Part shown: positions 36,370 to 45,181 of the stretch, in pieces
How positions within the stretch are numbered: position 1 is the stretch's first letter
Layout of the letters: every line of letters begins with the position of its first letter
NCBI GenBank assembly: GCA_964589605.1
Contig: CAZPRN010000002.1
Coordinates: 45,180-109,179 of the forward strand
Direction of reading: 5' to 3'
From: an uncultured Candidatus Bathyarchaeia archaeon
GTDB taxonomy: Archaea; Thermoproteota; Bathyarchaeia; TCS64
Length of the DNA: 64,000 nt
Program-made: the position numbers and the translations under genes
Notes under the pieces: generated by a model
What the model was told of the DNA's origin: nothing
The model's database searches: none
What the model saw: the letters and a program-made list of their open reading frames with translations, nothing else

Positions 36370-37938
36370 ATGACTTATGATATCCTCATCGAGAAAGGGA
36401 AGGTAATCGATGGCACCGGAAACGTCTGGTACGAGGCGGATGTAGCCATCGAGAAGGGAAGGATCGCCGCCATTGGTCGAGACCTTGGAAAAGCAGAAAG
36501 GGTGATAGACGCCTCTGGACACATCGTCTCACCGGGTTTTATCGACATCCACAGCCACAGCGACCTACCGGTGCTCATCGACCCCATGGCACACAGCAAG
36601 ATCAGACAGGGAGTCACAACAGAGGTGATCGGGCAGTGCGGCAACTCCGCCGCTCCCATGTATGAATCACTCAGAGAGTACAGGGAGACCTACTCGCGGA
36701 ACATGGTTCCGGATGATTTCGAGCTAAACTGGACAGATATGGCGAGTTACCTCAAGCTTCTGGATGAAAAGGGAATAGCGTTGAACATTGCCGCTGTCGT
36801 TGGGCATGGAACAGTTAGGGCAAATGTTCTTGGGCACGAGAACCGTGACCCATCGGACTCGGAACTAGTGGAGATGAAGAAACATGTGAGAGACGCGATG
36901 GAACAGGGAGCCTTTGGTATGAGCACCGGGCTGATCTACCCCCCCAGCGTTTATGGGAAGCAGGAGGAGATCACTGAGCTTGCCAAGGTCGTCGCCGAGT
37001 ATGATGGAGTCTATTATAGCCACATCAGGGGTGAGGGTGACACCCTCCTCGACGCGGTTGTCGAGGCATGTGAGATCGGAAGGGACAGCGGTACCCCTGT
37101 TCAGATCGCTCACTTCAAGGCAAGCGGTCAGCCCAACTGGGGTAAGGTAAAGGACAGTCTAGCCCTTGTCGAGAAGTATAGGGGCATGGGCGTCGAGGTG
37201 ACCTTTGACCAGTACCCGTACATAGCCTCCAGTACTGGACTGACAGCTTTGCTCCCCCACTGGGTTCACGAGGGTGGAGCGGAGAAGATGCTTGAACGCC
37301 TCAAAGACCCGGAAACGCTTGAGAAGATCAAGACCAATCTCAGGCTCAACTATGGCTGGGACCGAATCCTAGTTACCAACGCAAAGAATCATCCCCAGTA
37401 TAACGGTAAACACATCCAGGAGATAGCCGGAATGATGAGCAAGGAGCCTTTCGATGCTTACGTGGAGCTTCTGATAATCGAGAACACACAGGTTCCCAGC
37501 GTCATGTTCGGGATGACCGAGGACGATGTCAGGCTCGTGATGCAGAGCCCATACGGGATGGTGGGTAGTGACGGCTCAGCCATCAGCCCAACGGGCATAT
37601 GGGAGCACAGCGTACCCCACCCGAGACTATACGGGACCTTCCCGAGGGTCCTCGGGCACTATGTCAGGGAGGGGGTCATTAGTCTGCCAGAGGCAGTTAG
37701 GAAGATGACTGGTGCACCTGCACAGAAACTTGGTTTCAAGGACCGAGGCTTGCTCAGAGAGGGCTATGTCGCGGACGTTACCGTGTTTGATCCCGATAAA
37801 ATCGAGGATGTGGCAACGTTCACTGATCCTCAGCGATACGCCGCTGGTGTCCCCTACGTGATTGTAAACGGGGAACTGGTCATAGATGCGGGGGAACACA
37901 CGGGCAAGCTGCCCGGTACGGCGTTAAGAAGGGTTTAG
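36370..37938 (+). CDS. N-acyl-D-amino-acid deacylase (D-aminoacylase) family amidohydrolase
   Basis: PGFIDIHSHSD, IYPPS, YYSHIRGEG and VQIAHFK blocks typical of D-aminoacylases. Confidence 0.85.
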   Translation: MTYDILIEKGKVIDGTGNVWYEADVAIEKGRIAAIGRDLGKAERVIDASGHIVSPGFIDIHSHSDLPVLIDPMAHSKIRQGVTTEVIGQCGNSAAPMYESLREYRETYSRNMVPDDFELNWTDMASYLKLLDEKGIALNIAAVVGHGTVRANVLGHENRDPSDSELVEMKKHVRDAMEQGAFGMSTGLIYPPSVYGKQEEITELAKVVAEYDGVYYSHIRGEGDTLLDAVVEACEIGRDSGTPVQIAHFKASGQPNWGKVKDSLALVEKYRGMGVEVTFDQYPYIASSTGLTALLPHWVHEGGAEKMLERLKDPETLEKIKTNLRLNYGWDRILVTNAKNHPQYNGKHIQEIAGMMSKEPFDAYVELLIIENTQVPSVMFGMTEDDVRLVMQSPYGMVGSDGSAISPTGIWEHSVPHPRLYGTFPRVLGHYVREGVISLPEAVRKMTGAPAQKLGFKDRGLLREGYVADVTVFDPDKIEDVATFTDPQRYAAGVPYVIVNGELVIDAGEHTGKLPGTALRRV

Positions 37939-39828
37939 ACTCTCTTCCAGCTGTTTCAGGGTGGTCGCCTCTTTTTCGGTGGCGATCTTTTTCTTTCTAT
38001 CCTTTGGTATCGAGTCACCAGCGATTGATTTGAGCTTGTCACTCATCCATACGACCCTCTCGTATCCGCCATCCGCTTGAAGGAATTTACTGCTACTCAG
38101 GTACTGGGTTGCGAAAGTGGCGAAGCCGTCGGTGTTCTGGTAGCCTGCAACATTGTTAGCCAGCCTGGTCCATGTCCAGCCTCCGGGTGCCTCTCCTATG
38201 TACCCCCTGTCCATGAGCCCGATTCCATCCAGCTCAGGTATGTAATACGCGATGTTCTGGAAACAGCTACAAGCAGTGTGGGGGTGCCCGAAGATGCTGT
38301 GCATGTAAACCCGGCTGACCCTGCCGTTCGTTCTTAATCTTGTTGCCTCGTTGACCCCACTGTACTCTCCCCTGACTGGGTCCAGCAGCTCGCCTTTCTC
38401 GATAATTGTGCTCTTGTTGTAGACATCACCCGGTGCGAGTAGCGCCTGTGCTTTGAGGACCCACCATGGGCTGCTTCCACACTGGGAGGGTCTTTCAGGT
38501 GAAACCGTGCAAGCGTGGCTCAGACTGAAACTGGCACACCTCATACACCCGTAAAACTCGTCAACGTTCTCATCGGTTGCCTCATCGATCCTGTTCTTCC
38601 GAACCGCTTTGTATTCCCTGATCTGTTCACCTAGCGCATCGACCTCGTTTTTGTCGAGGATGACCTTGATGCCAATGGGTCCTATCTCTGGGAACTTGTT
38701 TCTGAGCTCAACCCGTATCACCTTACTTAGGTGCTCAAGCTTGAAGCCCGAGTCTAGCGCTTTCTGGGTCACCTTCAGTGACTCGACGGAGCCGCCAACG
38801 AGGTTCACTTGGACTCCCCGGATGTACTTGATGACACGTAACAAGGTGCCCTCGACTCCCACCGTGACGATGTCATCTACCGCTGGGTTTCCAAGCTCGA
38901 CGAGTATCGAGAAATCACTTGGGTTAGACTCTTCTCCAATTACGGTTATTCCATTGTTTGAGATGTTGTGGTTAGGTACAACAACTACAAAGCTGTTCTC
39001 TGAACCTTTGACTTCCAGTGATGGGTTATCTATTTTCTCTCGACTGAAGACTGGTCCAACCTCGATGGGTACATCCGGTACTGCCTTCTCAACGAGCCTT
39101 GCCCGAACATTTGGGAGCTTCCAGGCAGTGGAAACCATATCCTCGATGCTCTGCTCCTCGTAGACCATCCCGACTAGGTCCTGACTACCACCAAGTATCA
39201 CCGATGGGACACCCAGGGCTAGGAGTGATTGAGCCATCAGTCTCTCGAACCCCGTTAACTCTCCGGCTACAAACATTACTCCCGGGGCGTTCTCCTCTAT
39301 CTCGTGGGTTATAGCGTGGCTTGAGCCAGCGTCTGCCCGGGCATAAATCAACGCGTACCTCGCCATCAACTGCCCAAAGTACACGACTCCTGTGTCCCTA
39401 TCCCCAAGGTCTACTTGAGCCGCTTCCCCCAGTATCCCACTGGAACGACCAGCAGCGTATACCTTGAACCTCTTTGACTGAAGCTTGGAGGCTAATGGGA
39501 CTAGGTTGTCACCTCCACCGAGGAGCAAGGCCCATGCATTAGTGCCTTCGTTAAGCCCTAAGCAGTTAGACCTGAACCTGTCATCAGAGATGAACTTCTC
39601 GGAGTGATCCGGGTAACCTGACTCTACTTGCTCTGCTAGCCAGAGCGCGTCAAGGAAGTGTCCTCCTTTCTCGTCCTTTATCCTCGCCAAAGCGCCGTCA
39701 ATCATCTCTTGGGTGGCGGTCATCTCGCCCGTCAAACCGTAGAGGATGGGAAACCTGAACTCTGTGCCCTCGTATTCTTCGGGGCTAGTCAAATGTTTCT
39801 TGAAAAAACTGTAAGCCATCTCACCCAT
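37924..39828 (-). CDS. Acetyl-CoA synthase (AcsB/CdhC-family, bacterial-type length) homologue, orphan
   Basis: The C-terminal half aligns by eye with Moorella AcsB. FYGCMRCASFSLSHACTVSPERPSQCGSSPWW matches FYSCVLCQSFAPNHVCIVTPERVGLCGAVSWL, the four [4Fe-4S] Cys. HTACSCFQ matches MTSCGCFE, the Ni-binding Cys-Gly-Cys (here Cys-Ser-Cys). SSKFLQADGGYERVVWMSDKLK matches SKKFISADGGIARIVWMPKSLK. Confidence 0.75.
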   Translation of the reverse strand: MGEMAYSFFKKHLTSPEEYEGTEFRFPILYGLTGEMTATQEMIDGALARIKDEKGGHFLDALWLAEQVESGYPDHSEKFISDDRFRSNCLGLNEGTNAWALLLGGGDNLVPLASKLQSKRFKVYAAGRSSGILGEAAQVDLGDRDTGVVYFGQLMARYALIYARADAGSSHAITHEIEENAPGVMFVAGELTGFERLMAQSLLALGVPSVILGGSQDLVGMVYEEQSIEDMVSTAWKLPNVRARLVEKAVPDVPIEVGPVFSREKIDNPSLEVKGSENSFVVVVPNHNISNNGITVIGEESNPSDFSILVELGNPAVDDIVTVGVEGTLLRVIKYIRGVQVNLVGGSVESLKVTQKALDSGFKLEHLSKVIRVELRNKFPEIGPIGIKVILDKNEVDALGEQIREYKAVRKNRIDEATDENVDEFYGCMRCASFSLSHACTVSPERPSQCGSSPWWVLKAQALLAPGDVYNKSTIIEKGELLDPVRGEYSGVNEATRLRTNGRVSRVYMHSIFGHPHTACSCFQNIAYYIPELDGIGLMDRGYIGEAPGGWTWTRLANNVAGYQNTDGFATFATQYLSSSKFLQADGGYERVVWMSDKLKSIAGDSIPKDRKKKIATEKEATTLKQLEESLNPS

Positions 39829-39880
39829 TCTGGGTCACCTTAACTCGGTGACAAGGTGGACGGCGGGTAATAAATGGAGG

Positions 39881-40339
39881 CTACCGGAGGTTGTGGATCA
39901 TCCGGAAGTCTTCTTTCACCGTGTTCAGGACCACGTGGGTGTTTGTTCGCTCCACGTACTCCATCGCCAGCAGGTCCTTGGGGAACTCGCTGAGCTCACG
40001 TCTGTTCCTGAACTTTGCGATCACGATGCTGTCAATGGCACCGGTAACATCGTAGACTGCGCACACGTATGGCAGCTTGGCGATCTCTCCTTGGGTCTCC
40101 AAGAGCTTGCCCCTGTTCACGGTGACAGTCATGATTACGGTTAACTCAAAGCCCAGTCTCTCAAAGTCAACGATGACCGAGTAGTCGGTGATAACCCCTG
40201 CTGATTCTAGTCGCTGGACATGGTTGATTACCGTTGCAGCTGAGACGCCTATCGCCTTCGCCAGCTCCCTGTTGCTCCGGTTGGAGTTGATTAGCAACTC
40301 GGCTAGGAGTTTTCTATCCATCTCGTCTAAAGCGAACAT
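39881..40339 (-). CDS. lrp: Lrp/AsnC-family transcriptional regulator
   Basis: LDEMDRKLLAELLINSNRSNRELAKAIGVSAATVINHVQRLESAGVI HTH plus a C-terminal RAM/AsnC_trans_reg domain. Confidence 0.9.
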   Translation of the reverse strand: MFALDEMDRKLLAELLINSNRSNRELAKAIGVSAATVINHVQRLESAGVITDYSVIVDFERLGFELTVIMTVTVNRGKLLETQGEIAKLPYVCAVYDVTGAIDSIVIAKFRNRRELSEFPKDLLAMEYVERTNTHVVLNTVKEDFRMIHNLR

Positions 40340-40416
40340 CTATCTTTCACTCTCTGTTTATTGTTTTAATCAAAAGCTATATGCATGTATATGAAAGTTG
40401 CGATATGCTTCCGTTT

Positions 40417-40446
40417 TGTGAAGGTGTAGCCGGCTTGATCTTCACA
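40417..40446. promoter_or_regulatory. Inverted repeat TGTGAAG-N16-CTTCACA in the lrp/glnA divergent intergenic region
   Basis: Read directly from the sequence. Further TTCACAT copies lie near 40534 and 40561. Confidence 0.25.
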
Positions 40447-40630
40447 TTTGATTGCTCCCGCGAGACCATGTTTTAGTTATTTCTTCATTTTTCGTGTTTT
40501 TTGGTGAAAATTAACACCATCGAATCAAAATCACTTCACATATGTTTAGATGAAATCGATTTTCACATACAAATGTATAGGAAAAACAGGAAAAGGTATA
40601 TATTAGTGAAGTTGAAGGAAGGAGGTTATT

Positions 40631-42013
40631 ATGGTTTCAAGTGTCTTGACCAACGGGGGATCCGTTGAGTACATAATGGAGAAGATAGGTAAACACGACA
40701 TCAAGTACATACGGCTGATCGTTATTGACCCACATGGCAGCCCGAGAGCAATGCTAATCCCAGAGTATCAAGTCAGGGACTCGCTGGAGAACGGCATCGC
40801 CTTCGACGGCAGCAGCATACCCGGTTTCGCCGATGTCAACCAGAGCGACCTAAACCTCCACCCGGATCCATCCACGTTCTTGGTCCCCATGTGGGAGATA
40901 CCGGGAATCGCGTTGATGTTCTGCTATGTCAGCAACCCCAATGGCACGCCCTTCGAGGGAGACCCAAGGGGGCACTTGAAAAGAACTGTGGACGAGTTTG
41001 AGAAGAAGGGATTCGGGTTCAACACTGGACCAGAGTTGGAGTACTTCTACGTCACCAACGAGAATGGAACAGTAACCCCCTATGGAAGTGGTGGATACTT
41101 CGATCTACCCCCCTTGGACCCAACAGAGGAGGTCAAGCTTGAGACTTTGATGTGCCTTGAGGCAGCTGGTTTCCAGCTTGACAGAGTTCACCACGAGGCA
41201 GCTTCAGGCCAACAAGAGATTAACTTCAGGTACAGTGACGCGTTGAAGACCGCAGACAAAGTAATTCTCTACAAGTTAGCAGTCAAGACCATCGCTCAGA
41301 AGCACGGTACAACCGCCACCTTCATGCCCAAGCCTTTCTGGGGTATCAACGGAAGCGGCTGCCATGTGCACCAAAGTATCGTGGACCTTGACACGAGCAA
41401 GAACATATTCAGCGATCCAGACACTGAGTACGGTCTAAGCGAGACCGCTATCCACTATATTGGAGGGGTGCTAAAATACGCGCCCGCCATGTCCATGATA
41501 GTTGCCCCTCTAGTCAACAGCTACAAGAGGCTTGTACCTCACTATGAGGCACCCGTCTATGTGAGCTGGGGCTACGCTAACCGTAGTGCGCTTATCAGGG
41601 TTCCACTTGCACCAGGCGACAAGAACAGCGTCACAAGGGTCGAGTACAGGCACCCTGACCCTTCAGCCAACCCTTACCTGGTTGCCACTGTGTTGCTGAA
41701 ATCAGGTATCGAGGGGATGGAGAAGAAGATCCAGCCTAGCGATCCACTGGTGGAGAACATCTACGAGCTCACACCCGAGGAGATGGAGGAGAAGGGCGTC
41801 GGGTACATGCCAGAGCACCTAGGTGACGCGGTTGATACCTTTGAGTCGGATATGACTATGAAGGAGGCCGTTGGCACTTTCCTGCACAAGAACCTGGTGG
41901 AGCTAAAGAGGAAAGAGTTCGCCAGCTACATGGACTTTACAGGTGTTGAGTGGGCTGCAAGTAGGCCGACTATCACCAAGTGGGAGTACGAGCGTTACCT
42001 TACCCGCTGCTAA
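40631..42013 (+). CDS. glnA: Glutamine synthetase, type I
   Basis: FDGSSIPGF, FMPKPF, NGSGCHVHQS, NSYKRLVP..EAP and RHPDPSANPYL blocks. An alternative start is the ATG at 40676. Confidence 0.95.
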   Translation: MVSSVLTNGGSVEYIMEKIGKHDIKYIRLIVIDPHGSPRAMLIPEYQVRDSLENGIAFDGSSIPGFADVNQSDLNLHPDPSTFLVPMWEIPGIALMFCYVSNPNGTPFEGDPRGHLKRTVDEFEKKGFGFNTGPELEYFYVTNENGTVTPYGSGGYFDLPPLDPTEEVKLETLMCLEAAGFQLDRVHHEAASGQQEINFRYSDALKTADKVILYKLAVKTIAQKHGTTATFMPKPFWGINGSGCHVHQSIVDLDTSKNIFSDPDTEYGLSETAIHYIGGVLKYAPAMSMIVAPLVNSYKRLVPHYEAPVYVSWGYANRSALIRVPLAPGDKNSVTRVEYRHPDPSANPYLVATVLLKSGIEGMEKKIQPSDPLVENIYELTPEEMEEKGVGYMPEHLGDAVDTFESDMTMKEAVGTFLHKNLVELKRKEFASYMDFTGVEWAASRPTITKWEYERYLTRC

Positions 42014-42414
42014 ATCTCGCAGCTAAGCTCCGCGATCTTCTCCGGGAGGTCGTCGAGCTCCTCAATCATCTTGTTGTACCATCTATCGAGAGAGTCCCTG
42101 ATTGATGTTTTGAGCATCTCCGGTGGAACAGGTTTGTAGATGAACTTGTACCCGCCTAATCCAATCAACTCCTCATCACGTAATGCCAAGCCTTTCTCAA
42201 CTAGGTTCTGTAAGAGTCTCTGGGCTGTTGATCTGCTCTTGTTCATGTATTCCGTGGCGTCCTGGATCGTGATTGGTCCCTTGTTGACGAGTATGCAGTA
42301 TGCTCTGATCTCGGTGGTTTTTATCCCGAGGGCGCACCGCATAAGCTCCTCGGGTCCGATCTGTTGCGCGTTGAGGATGTTCTGAATTTCTCTAAGACTC
42401 ATAACTATGTTCAA
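42010..42414 (-). CDS. TrmB/MarR-like winged-helix transcriptional regulator
   Basis: LGIKTTEIRAYCILVNKGPITIQDATEYMNKSRSTAQRLLQNLVEKGLA is a TrmB-type HTH. Its 3' end overlaps the glnA stop by 4 nt. Confidence 0.6.
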   Translation of the reverse strand: MNIVMSLREIQNILNAQQIGPEELMRCALGIKTTEIRAYCILVNKGPITIQDATEYMNKSRSTAQRLLQNLVEKGLALRDEELIGLGGYKFIYKPVPPEMLKTSIRDSLDRWYNKMIEELDDLPEKIAELSCEI

Positions 42415-42476
42415 TGATGTTGAGCATCTTTAAATACCTTTATATTTCTTCGGCGAACAGAACAGGATGAATCAGA

Positions 42477-42791
42477 ATGAGTAAACCAGTTGAAGTAACA
42501 GACGCAGACTTCGATGATTTCGTGAAAAACAATCCAAAGGTAGTCGTGGACTGCTGGGCAGCCTGGTGCGCCCCGTGCAGGATGCTAGCGCCTACCATCG
42601 ATGAGCTAGCAGCGGAGAAGCCCGACGTGAAATTCGCAAAGCTGGACGTTGACAAGAACAGGGCCGTCCCTTCAAGGTACGGAATCATGAGCATCCCGAC
42701 GCTGCTCTACTTCAAGGATGGACAGCTAGTAGACAAAACGCTGGGTGCTCTTCCAAAGACCGCAATAGAGGCTAAGCTAGCCGCTCTATAA
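42477..42791 (+). CDS. trxA: Thioredoxin
   Basis: WAAWCAPCRMLAP active site, SIPTLLYFKDG cis-Pro region, 104 aa. Confidence 0.93.
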   Translation: MSKPVEVTDADFDDFVKNNPKVVVDCWAAWCAPCRMLAPTIDELAAEKPDVKFAKLDVDKNRAVPSRYGIMSIPTLLYFKDGQLVDKTLGALPKTAIEAKLAAL

Positions 42792-42796
42792 TCGGT

Positions 42797-43339
42797 TTAA
42801 TTCCGGTTACTCAGTTTCTCAGTGATCTTCAGCAACTCGTCGGGGCTAATTGGCTTCATCAATACCTCGTCGTTACCGAAATCAACGCTTCCCTCAACTG
42901 CCTCAACATGACCAGTAAGCATCACAACGTTGATGCCGTCATTCTTCTCCTTGAGCATCCTCGAAAGGTGGGAACCTGGGATGTCGGGGAGCTTGTAGTC
43001 GAGGATCGCAAGCTCGTACTTTGTCTGTGACGCCTTTAGTAACGCCTCGTTGCCGCTACCCGCGATGTCAACCTCGAAACCGGAGTCCTCAAGGAGCATC
43101 TGGAAGGTGCTGGCTAAGAACTCGTCGTCGTCTACGATTAATACACTCAACGTGTTCTGGGTTGGTGTCACCATCTTGTCCAGGTAATCGTCGTAGAGGG
43201 CCTCACTGAACTCGGGGTGTCCCTCAAGTGCGCCCATGATGGACTCCATACGTGTTACAAGCATGTCCATCTTTTTCTCGTGATCACTAATCACGTTAAT
43301 AATTAAATCGAGTATGTCTAACTTATCTGGGCTACTCAT
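42797..43339 (-). CDS. Response regulator (C-terminal receiver domain; about 60-aa helical N-terminal region, no DNA-binding output)
   Basis: VLIVDDDE, LAILDYKLPDIPG (phospho-Asp) and VVMLTGH receiver blocks. Confidence 0.8.
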   Translation of the reverse strand: MSSPDKLDILDLIINVISDHEKKMDMLVTRMESIMGALEGHPEFSEALYDDYLDKMVTPTQNTLSVLIVDDDEFLASTFQMLLEDSGFEVDIAGSGNEALLKASQTKYELAILDYKLPDIPGSHLSRMLKEKNDGINVVMLTGHVEAVEGSVDFGNDEVLMKPISPDELLKITEKLSNRN

Positions 43340-43698
43340 GGTTGGGCACCGGAGTTGGTTGATGATACTGTATATCTGTTAGGTATATGAATTTTAAGGT
43401 TACATTTGGCGGAATTATTCTGAAATACGTATTTCACTTACTATTGTATATATCTTAAATCTATTTTTAACTTGAATAAAATATGGTAAAGTGAGAAAAT
43501 TCACTATAAAATGCCGAGGGGGTCAAGTGAAGCTTCATCTTTTTCCGTCTTTTGAGTGTTATTCCTCCCGCTAATCAAAGGTGTGGATTTTTCCACTCTC
43601 GCCCGCGCGTCTATTAAGTGGATTACGACAATTTTCCCTAGTAACTTAACCCTACCGGAATCCCTATAAGCTCCATATCGCTAGTGATACACAGAGAG

Positions 43699-43857
43699 AT
43701 GTTTAGCATCTTCCTGATACCAATGATGGTGTTCCTGGGAATATTCTTCCTGGTGGCATCAATCTTCGTAGGAGTTACTGCGGTCCTGAAGCTAGTCTTC
43801 TTCGTGGTGTTCCTACCTCTAAGGATACTAGGCTGGTTGTTCGGACTGATATTCTGA
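43699..43857 (+). CDS. Possible 52-aa very hydrophobic membrane peptide
   Basis: Manual translation gives MFSIFLIPMMVFLGIFFLVASIFVGVTAVLKLVFFVVFLPLRILGWLFGLIF. The track's antisense ORF 43638..43922 is Arg/Asn-rich and looks spurious. Confidence 0.25.
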   Translation: MFSIFLIPMMVFLGIFFLVASIFVGVTAVLKLVFFVVFLPLRILGWLFGLIF

Positions 43858-43963
43858 TCCTCAGCCCTTCGATACCTACTGAGGAGGAGGCGTCGATAGT
43901 GACGTAGCCCTCCCTTTCTCATTCTTTATATAATATAGCGGATAAACACAGGAGATACAAGCC

Positions 43964-45181
43964 ATGCTTGAGATAATCGGGTTAATCGTCGCGTTCCTAA
44001 GCATTTTCATTCTAAGGGCAAGGAACGTCGAGTTCTACGTCGCCATCACCCTTGCATCCATCATAATCGGGCTCACATCTGGAGCACCCTTGATGATCTT
44101 CTATGATGTCCTCCTCAAGACCCTCTCGGCATACAATACATGGAACCTTGTATCGGCTGTCGCGTTGATCACGGTACTAGGTTACACCCTGAAGGAGACA
44201 GGGTTGATGGTCAATTTCATCGAGGGATTGAGCAAGATACTTCCAAGCAACATACTTCTGGCGACGATACCAGCCCTTTTCGGGTTCCTATCCATGCCTG
44301 GAGGCGCGTTAATGTCAGCCCCCTTCATCGAGCCACAGGCAAACAAGCTGGGGCTACGACCAGAGTACAAGACCTACTACAACGTCTGGTTCAGGCACCT
44401 ACTCTACTGGGTCAACCCGATCACATCCTCCACATTGATGGCGGTGGCTCTCTCAGGCATCCCCGTCAACACTTGGCTAAGGGTGCAGAGCCCCCTGTTC
44501 TTCGTTATGACCGCGATAGGATTCATCGCAAGCAGGGGATTCATCGAGAACCCCAGAAGAAACGGTGGTGGAGAGGGCTTAACTATGGAGGCGGTAAAGG
44601 GCGGGATTCCAATCATCATAACCGTTGCGCTCACATTGGCTGGAATACCGATCTGGGGATCACTAGCCGCTGGAATCGTTGTCGGAATGCTTCTCGGAGG
44701 AGTCCAACCCGGAAAAGCAGTTGAGATCGTCCGAGTTGGTATCCGCTGGGACCTTGTAGCATCAATCATCTCTATGCTCTACCTGAGGGACATGATCACC
44801 TCCTCAGGATCGGTAGTGAGTCTATTCGAGGCTGTGATAGCATCAGGTATCCCAGTCATGGCGATAGCGATCATCGTACCCCTTTTCATTGGCGCGATCT
44901 CAGGTTCACCCGCGATGGGCGTCGGGATAGCATTCCCCATACTGCTTCCTCTTTTCGGGAGCATTGACATCCACTTGACAAGCATCGTTTTCCTAGGTAT
45001 AACGTGCACCTACATCACGTCCCCCCTGCACCTTTGTCTGGTGTTAACAAACAACTACTTCAAGTCGGACCTGAACAAGGTGATCAAGTACCTAGCCCCC
45101 AGCAGCTTCGCGCTGTACCTCATAGGGCTAGCCTACCACCTGTTCCTCTACTACTTTTATCCTGTCAGCTTGATGATGTGA
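43964..45181 (+). CDS. Polytopic membrane protein, putative transporter (DUF401-like)
   Basis: It has at least 10 predicted TM helices in 405 aa. The N-terminus resembles the archaeal DUF401 permease-like family. The assignment is tentative. Confidence 0.45.
   Translation: MLEIIGLIVAFLSIFILRARNVEFYVAITLASIIIGLTSGAPLMIFYDVLLKTLSAYNTWNLVSAVALITVLGYTLKETGLMVNFIEGLSKILPSNILLATIPALFGFLSMPGGALMSAPFIEPQANKLGLRPEYKTYYNVWFRHLLYWVNPITSSTLMAVALSGIPVNTWLRVQSPLFFVMTAIGFIASRGFIENPRRNGGGEGLTMEAVKGGIPIIITVALTLAGIPIWGSLAAGIVVGMLLGGVQPGKAVEIVRVGIRWDLVASIISMLYLRDMITSSGSVVSLFEAVIASGIPVMAIAIIVPLFIGAISGSPAMGVGIAFPILLPLFGSIDIHLTSIVFLGITCTYITSPLHLCLVLTNNYFKSDLNKVIKYLAPSSFALYLIGLAYHLFLYYFYPVSLMM

Noticed and set aside
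43359-43430. A possible C/D-box sRNA: TGATGA at about 43361 and CTGA about 54 nt downstream.
   Set aside because: The spacing is longer than typical archaeal C/D sRNAs. No convincing internal D'/C' boxes or terminal stem are present. It lies in the AT-rich promoter region of the response-regulator gene, where such short motifs occur by chance.
43638-43922. Track ORF on the minus strand (94 aa, Arg/Asn/Thr-rich).
   Set aside because: The composition is not protein-like. It is antisense to a short hydrophobic plus-strand ORF and lies in an intergenic region.
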